64,000 bases of DNA, from contig CAXXXF010000003.1 in assembly GCA_963667175.2 (NCBI GenBank), positions 192,001-256,000 on the forward strand, read 5' to 3'. The notes under the pieces are model-generated. The model saw only the letters and a program-made list of their open reading frames with translations, was not told the DNA's origin and did not search any database. This stretch comes from Candidatus Latescibacterota bacterium. Lineage in GTDB: Bacteria > Latescibacterota > UBA2968 > GCA-2709665. Position 1 is the stretch's first letter. Each line of letters begins with the position of its first letter. A program made the translations under genes and the position numbers. This document shows, one piece after another, positions 60,701-64,000 of this stretch.

Positions 60701-61357
60701 GCGCCGGATGGAGAGGAGGTCTGGCAGCGGCAGATCGAACACCACGCCGCCCGCACCCTGGTGGTCGGCGACGTGGAGGGCGACGGAATGCAGGAGATTC
60801 TGGTGGGCGCCGAGTACTATACGTCCAATCTGCTGGAGGCCGACGGGAGGATCCGGTGGACGGTGAACGGAGGCCCCTGCTTCGCGGCGCTGGCCCTCGC
60901 GGACCTGAATGGCGACGGGGTGAAGGAATCCGTCTACGGGGCCATGGATGGAAACGTCTACGCGGTGGATTCGAACTCCGGAAAGATCCTCTGGACGGCC
61001 AACCTGGGGGACGACGTGCGCCACGGCGTAACGGTTGGCGGGAACGGATTTGCGGCGGGGAGCCAGAGCGGTCACGTCGCGCTGCTGAACGGTGCTGGAG
61101 AGAAGCGCTGGCGACGGGACCTGGACGGAGGCGTGACCGGACTGGCCCTTCTCGAGGCCGACGGCGAGGAGATGATCGGGGCGGGGACCTCCGACGGTTG
61201 GATCGTGTTTCTGTCGCTTGACGGAGAAGTCGTCTGCAGCCACCGCATGGAATCCGGGGTGACCGTGTTGTCCCGCCTGTCGCCGCTCGGAGAGCCCGGA
61301 CTCCTGGTGGGAACTGACGGCGGCGCTGTGAGCGCGTTCAGCCCCGTTCTCGCATAG
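57710..61357 (+). CDS. Lyase-like/beta-propeller protein (paralogue 4)
   Basis: IRQNHW, KPNDD...GY, FDKLVLRGGF...YLLLDG...AHGHEDGNSI, DLNGDGVKE repeats. Confidence 0.6.
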   Translation: MAERKIDRLKQMRLTTDLRDGAEIVAPADPDWAPLGRRLQEMVRAHAGVVLPVVDPAGLPPLPEGRHRVLLGNAMVNGSIMALYRRQYTFLDEFYPGGDGYAVRTVHNPENCGRNVLLVGASSLEGAAAALEALEGILEETRGRLGYTNLSRSEVHETLLPEMTPDAFRAWVAEMYRDNLSYYPVEQGTFLGLVHHLTNDPGCARMFRDALFYYEDLVRNRYGGNWLFEHMLFIYSWAWRLFMVWDLIEESDAFTDAERLRVTNVLWGLANYVAGTRYFQGEAPPPLEIRQNHWTFAGLSGSFCARYFEAYYGVGEFEKQIRFSRAVFDGQADSYKPNDDAGGGWWGYCWLAPYHQVIYDLKRDDFRFLENGQLRAFADYGIQVTDNLGVPVSFGDMWSYIEKGRYAMALKNKTISLELAMALCTASWYYEDGSYLWALDWMGGAPYPGCFYRALPKRPPDRLAGTSIAPFNRSLYDWVERHAPGGANVPMEEAFDKLVLRGGFDRDDEYLLLDGTSTFAHGHEDGNSIERLTWKGRMWLAELDYIWKRPRHHCSVVSICGGETAPMPPLVALKWAEAFGATSLTRTVAPEYNGLDWTRDIFWVKGRFFVVADSLRLLRDADYDLRCLWRTLGDVRHDGRELTVEQEGVHFRILNADDSDASLLTEEARVAGTDPYELYPHTDGPIRIFSQHKALHGRPGDVERFFNLMVAGSQAEVDAWRIERIGEGLAKVVHPDGSTVFGVLDEELMIGDLRIAAEVFALTETSVVLLDATGFQTDGGLFESEAPVHLVLYPGAGRGEVRLNESTRARMDGLRIDGMADPIPDSLPAGTYGISIETGLVDVLREAVRSGAPYAHRRAPRVHGFVPKDTPIARHWEAQVGGPVRCVDVRGESTAAGAAGGQVRLLDREGRVRWTRETGAEVRAVHLTDLDEGRLLAGGRDRALTMFDANGGVCWKRSFSESHGVDQNVNAVTTADLTGDGNPVILAATDGWLVWALAPDGEEVWQRQIEHHAARTLVVGDVEGDGMQEILVGAEYYTSNLLEADGRIRWTVNGGPCFAALALADLNGDGVKESVYGAMDGNVYAVDSNSGKILWTANLGDDVRHGVTVGGNGFAAGSQSGHVALLNGAGEKRWRRDLDGGVTGLALLEADGEEMIGAGTSDGWIVFLSLDGEVVCSHRMESGVTVLSRLSPLGEPGLLVGTDGGAVSAFSPVLA

Positions 61358-61457
61358 ACGAGAACGTCTCCTTTGACGAATTGAAGGGTACGTCGCGGGG
61401 TCTTCATTCTGCGTTGAGGAGATAGCGATTGTCGAGCCTGGAACAGAGTTAAAACTG

Positions 61458-61485
61458 TTGACAATTGACACAATTCGGCTATATT
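61458..61485 (+). promoter_or_regulatory. Possible sigma70 promoter
   Basis: TTGACA-16-TATATT in an AT-rich intergenic region. Confidence 0.4.
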
Positions 61486-61494
61486 TTCGCGGCA

Positions 61495-61618
61495 GGGAGT
61501 CGCAGAATCCGAGCCGTCAGGCAACGGCTGATGCGGTGGGGGGATTCCAACACGTGAACGTGAGTAAACTGCGCGAATAAACACGCACGCATTTTGCGTT
61601 GAAGTCTTACTGTAAGAT
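61495..61618 (+). mobile_element. 3' half of the Rep_trans-like non-autonomous element
   Basis: gggagtcgcagaatccgagcc...acgcattttgcgttgaagtcttactgtaaga matches 52166-52288 and the autonomous element end. Confidence 0.8.
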
Positions 61619-61908
61619 CACACCTGTCCAAAATCGGTTTCAGTCTTGGACAGCATCTGATTCACTTTCTCGAAGCAATCCATCGACCAAGATCGCCTGA
61701 GATTCACAAAGTGCTTATTTCACGGGCTTATTGAGACGGAAACAGCACAGTTATGGCCGCTGGAAACGTCACCTTGTTCTTGGACAGCATTGCGCAGACG
61801 ATGGCAAACCTGGTTTTCATTATCTGGGTCAAACCCGTCCAAAATCGCCTATTGAAGCCATTTTTCGGACCTTATCTCTGGGAATCCGACGGTTCTTGGA
61901 CAGCAGTG
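61619..61908 (-). mobile_element. 290-bp MITE, copy B
   Basis: Reverse complement of 13666-13955 with 9-bp TSD CTGTAAGAT (61610-61618, 61909-61917). Confidence 0.93.
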
Positions 61909-61983
61909 CTGTAAGATGATAATTTCAGGTCATTTTCTGCATTTTTTCGAACATGCATACCTTCTTTAGATGAGTATTACAAC

Positions 61984-62433
61984 ATGGAATACAGAAACGG
62001 TGATTTTCGCGGGCAACACCCAAAGGCTATCGACGTGGGAGTTGACGAGTCTGTCGCCGGCGATGCGGGTGGCATCGATGGCATTGTTGAGGATGCAAAG
62101 CAACGGCTATTTGCTTTAGAAGCCGATTGGGATGGCGAAGCGTCTCCTGTCTTCGATGAAATTACGGTTAAAACCGCCATAGATTTTGTCCATGAATTGT
62201 CTCTTCAAGTCAATGGCGAGAACCTTGCGAAGGACATGGAGATTTTACCGGCAAGCGCGGGAAGCGTAGACCTTCATTGGCAAACACCCCATTTCGAACT
62301 CCTGGTTGTATTTCACGCCGACGGCTCATCTTCGTTTTACGGAGATAACTGCCATGGCGAAAGATCTATTCAGGGCGAACAAAGACCCGATCCTGAGGAG
62401 ATCGCGCGCTGGATGGAGGACTTGAATGCGTAA
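61984..62433 (+). CDS. Acidic hypothetical protein (DWDGE motif), possible antitoxin
   Basis: LEADWDGEASP...ILPASAGSVDLHW. Overlaps the next gene. Confidence 0.5.
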   Translation: MEYRNGDFRGQHPKAIDVGVDESVAGDAGGIDGIVEDAKQRLFALEADWDGEASPVFDEITVKTAIDFVHELSLQVNGENLAKDMEILPASAGSVDLHWQTPHFELLVVFHADGSSSFYGDNCHGERSIQGEQRPDPEEIARWMEDLNA

Positions 62434-62821
62434 GTGGGACGTTGAATGTATTCCGAATCCTGACTTGCTCTATTACCGCGTGAACAAAAAGAAATATCAT
62501 GAAATCTGGAAGTCGAAGAGGGTGAATAAAGGGCATAAATTTCCTGCCGGGTTGTTTAGCTTCGCGGGTAGTTATCTGTCTGTAGATTGGTCGAAGTATT
62601 CTACTCCCCGACAGTCGCAGAGTCGAGCGAGAATCCCCGATGACAACGGTATCGTTGAATTCAAAGTCGCAGATGTTCGTAGAGAACGTCACAAAGTGCG
62701 TCACGTTCCAACACGCGGCAATCGCGCTCATAGCGCGATCTGCGGAATACAGCCAAAGATTCGGATAACTTTGCAGCGCATTGCGCAATGGAGCGAAGGA
62801 TTTGTAATCGACCCAGACTGA
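62426..62821 (+). CDS. Basic hypothetical protein, possible ADP-ribosyltransferase-like fold toxin
   Basis: LYYRV...LSVDW...HVPTRGNRAHSAICG. Confidence 0.45.
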   Translation: MRKWDVECIPNPDLLYYRVNKKKYHEIWKSKRVNKGHKFPAGLFSFAGSYLSVDWSKYSTPRQSQSRARIPDDNGIVEFKVADVRRERHKVRHVPTRGNRAHSAICGIQPKIRITLQRIAQWSEGFVIDPD

Positions 62822-63213
62822 GGAAGACCTGCATTTGAGATCTTTACCGACCGAATAAACTTGCCAAAGAAGCTTGATTTTCGTTAGACGTTTGATGCCT
62901 CACGCCTTGCATCCCATTATTGGCTGAGGCATTATTTGTATATGCCGTGCGTCCTTGATCGCAATGCAAAGAACAGATCGCTACATACCTGGTCTGTCAA
63001 TTGTGTCCGCCCATTTCCAGCGCGAAGTCTGTTGGTTTGCCCGGTTCAGTGCAATATTCGCTTCCGCCGTGCAGTGGGAATTGCCGGACTGTCGCGCCAA
63101 ATATTGACGATTCCGCGACCAAGCCTGCATTGATCAAACGAAACATCGCCAAACACTGCTGAAACCGGTTCGGTTCAACCGCTTTTCTAACCTCGATTTC
63201 GGAGAACTGCACA

Positions 63214-64000
63214 ATGAAATTCGCACTCGTCCTGAGTCCCCTCGATGAAGAACGGATGGCCCTCGCCCGCCAGATCGGCGTGACCGACCTGGTGACCACA
63301 CTTCCCAATGGCGGCCCGATCTGGGACTTTGACGCCATCGTGCATCACAAGCAGCGCATTGCCGACGCGGGTCTTACGTGGTCCGTGGTGGAGTCGGTCC
63401 CGATCTCAAACCGCATCACGCTGGGTCTGGACGGCCGGGACGAGGACGTCGACGCGTACTGTCAGACGATCCGCAACCTGGGCGCGGCCGGGATCGGCAT
63501 CATGTGCTGGAACTGGATGGCCGTGTTCAACTGGATGCGCACCTCCTTTACCACGCGCGGCCGGGGCGATGCGTTTGTGAGCAGCTACGACGATGCGCTG
63601 ATGCAGGACGCTCCGCATACGCAATACGGGGAAGTGAGCGAAGCGCGGCTTTGGGAAACCCTGGAGTACTTTCTGGAAAGGGTCATCCCCGTGGCAGAGG
63701 AGGCCGGCGTCAAACAGGCGCTGCATCCCGACGACCCGCCCCTGTCGCCCGTCCGCGGGATCGGCCGCATCATCACCAGCGTGGACGCGTTCCAGCGCGT
63801 CGTCGACATGGTACCCAGCGAATACAATGGCATTACCTTCTGCCAGGGCAACTTCGCCGCCATGGGCGCGGACGTGCCGGCCGCCATCCGCCGGTTTGCG
63901 GACAAGATCCACTTTTCACACTTCCGCGACGTCAGAGGCGCCGTGCCCAGTTTCGAAGAGACCTTCCACGACGAGGGCGACACGGACATGGCGGAGTGCA
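63214..64000 (+). CDS. uxuA: Mannonate dehydratase, truncated by window end (absent from the ORF track)
   Basis: Manual translation: ARQIGVT...WSVVES...CWNWMAVFNWMRT...ALHPDDPP...NGITFCQG...IHFSHFRDV...FEETFHDEGDTDM. Confidence 0.92.
   Translation, partial: MKFALVLSPLDEERMALARQIGVTDLVTTLPNGGPIWDFDAIVHHKQRIADAGLTWSVVESVPISNRITLGLDGRDEDVDAYCQTIRNLGAAGIGIMCWNWMAVFNWMRTSFTTRGRGDAFVSSYDDALMQDAPHTQYGEVSEARLWETLEYFLERVIPVAEEAGVKQALHPDDPPLSPVRGIGRIITSVDAFQRVVDMVPSEYNGITFCQGNFAAMGADVPAAIRRFADKIHFSHFRDVRGAVPSFEETFHDEGDTDMAEC

Overview
GC-rich bacterial window. Gene content (PhyH dioxygenases, DUF6785-type membrane proteins, ~1100-aa lyase-like proteins) resembles Latescibacterota/Poribacteria-like lineages, which is an inference only. 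There are three parts. (1) 0.2-36.5 kb: a RAYT (HUH Y1) transposase with five co-oriented REP doublets. The last two doublets bracket a ~34 kb defence island encoded entirely on the + strand. Its backbone is a dispersed restriction-like triad (SNF2-DUF3883 helicase, DUF1156 methylase, HEPN-DUF499 ATPase). Between these genes sit GmrSD, HigBA, a minimal GIY-YIG protein, helicase+DUF2290 (MITE-disrupted), four ABC-ATPase/effector modules, DUF6615 x2, dual-OB/DUF488 and TA remnants. (2) 36.6-64 kb: a probable uronate-glycan catabolic locus with four paralogous heparinase II/III-like + beta-propeller proteins, PhyH, two DUF6785/6784 membrane proteins and uxuA. (3) 51.7-57.3 kb: a minus-strand insert in that locus carrying GmrSD, MNT-HEPN and a mobile element encoding a Rep_trans-like (YxK/RxE) protein. 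This element has asymmetric ends that each carry CTAA, and non-autonomous copies of it are scattered through the window. No tRNA, rRNA or CRISPR array was seen. Family names come from motif recognition, not database searches.
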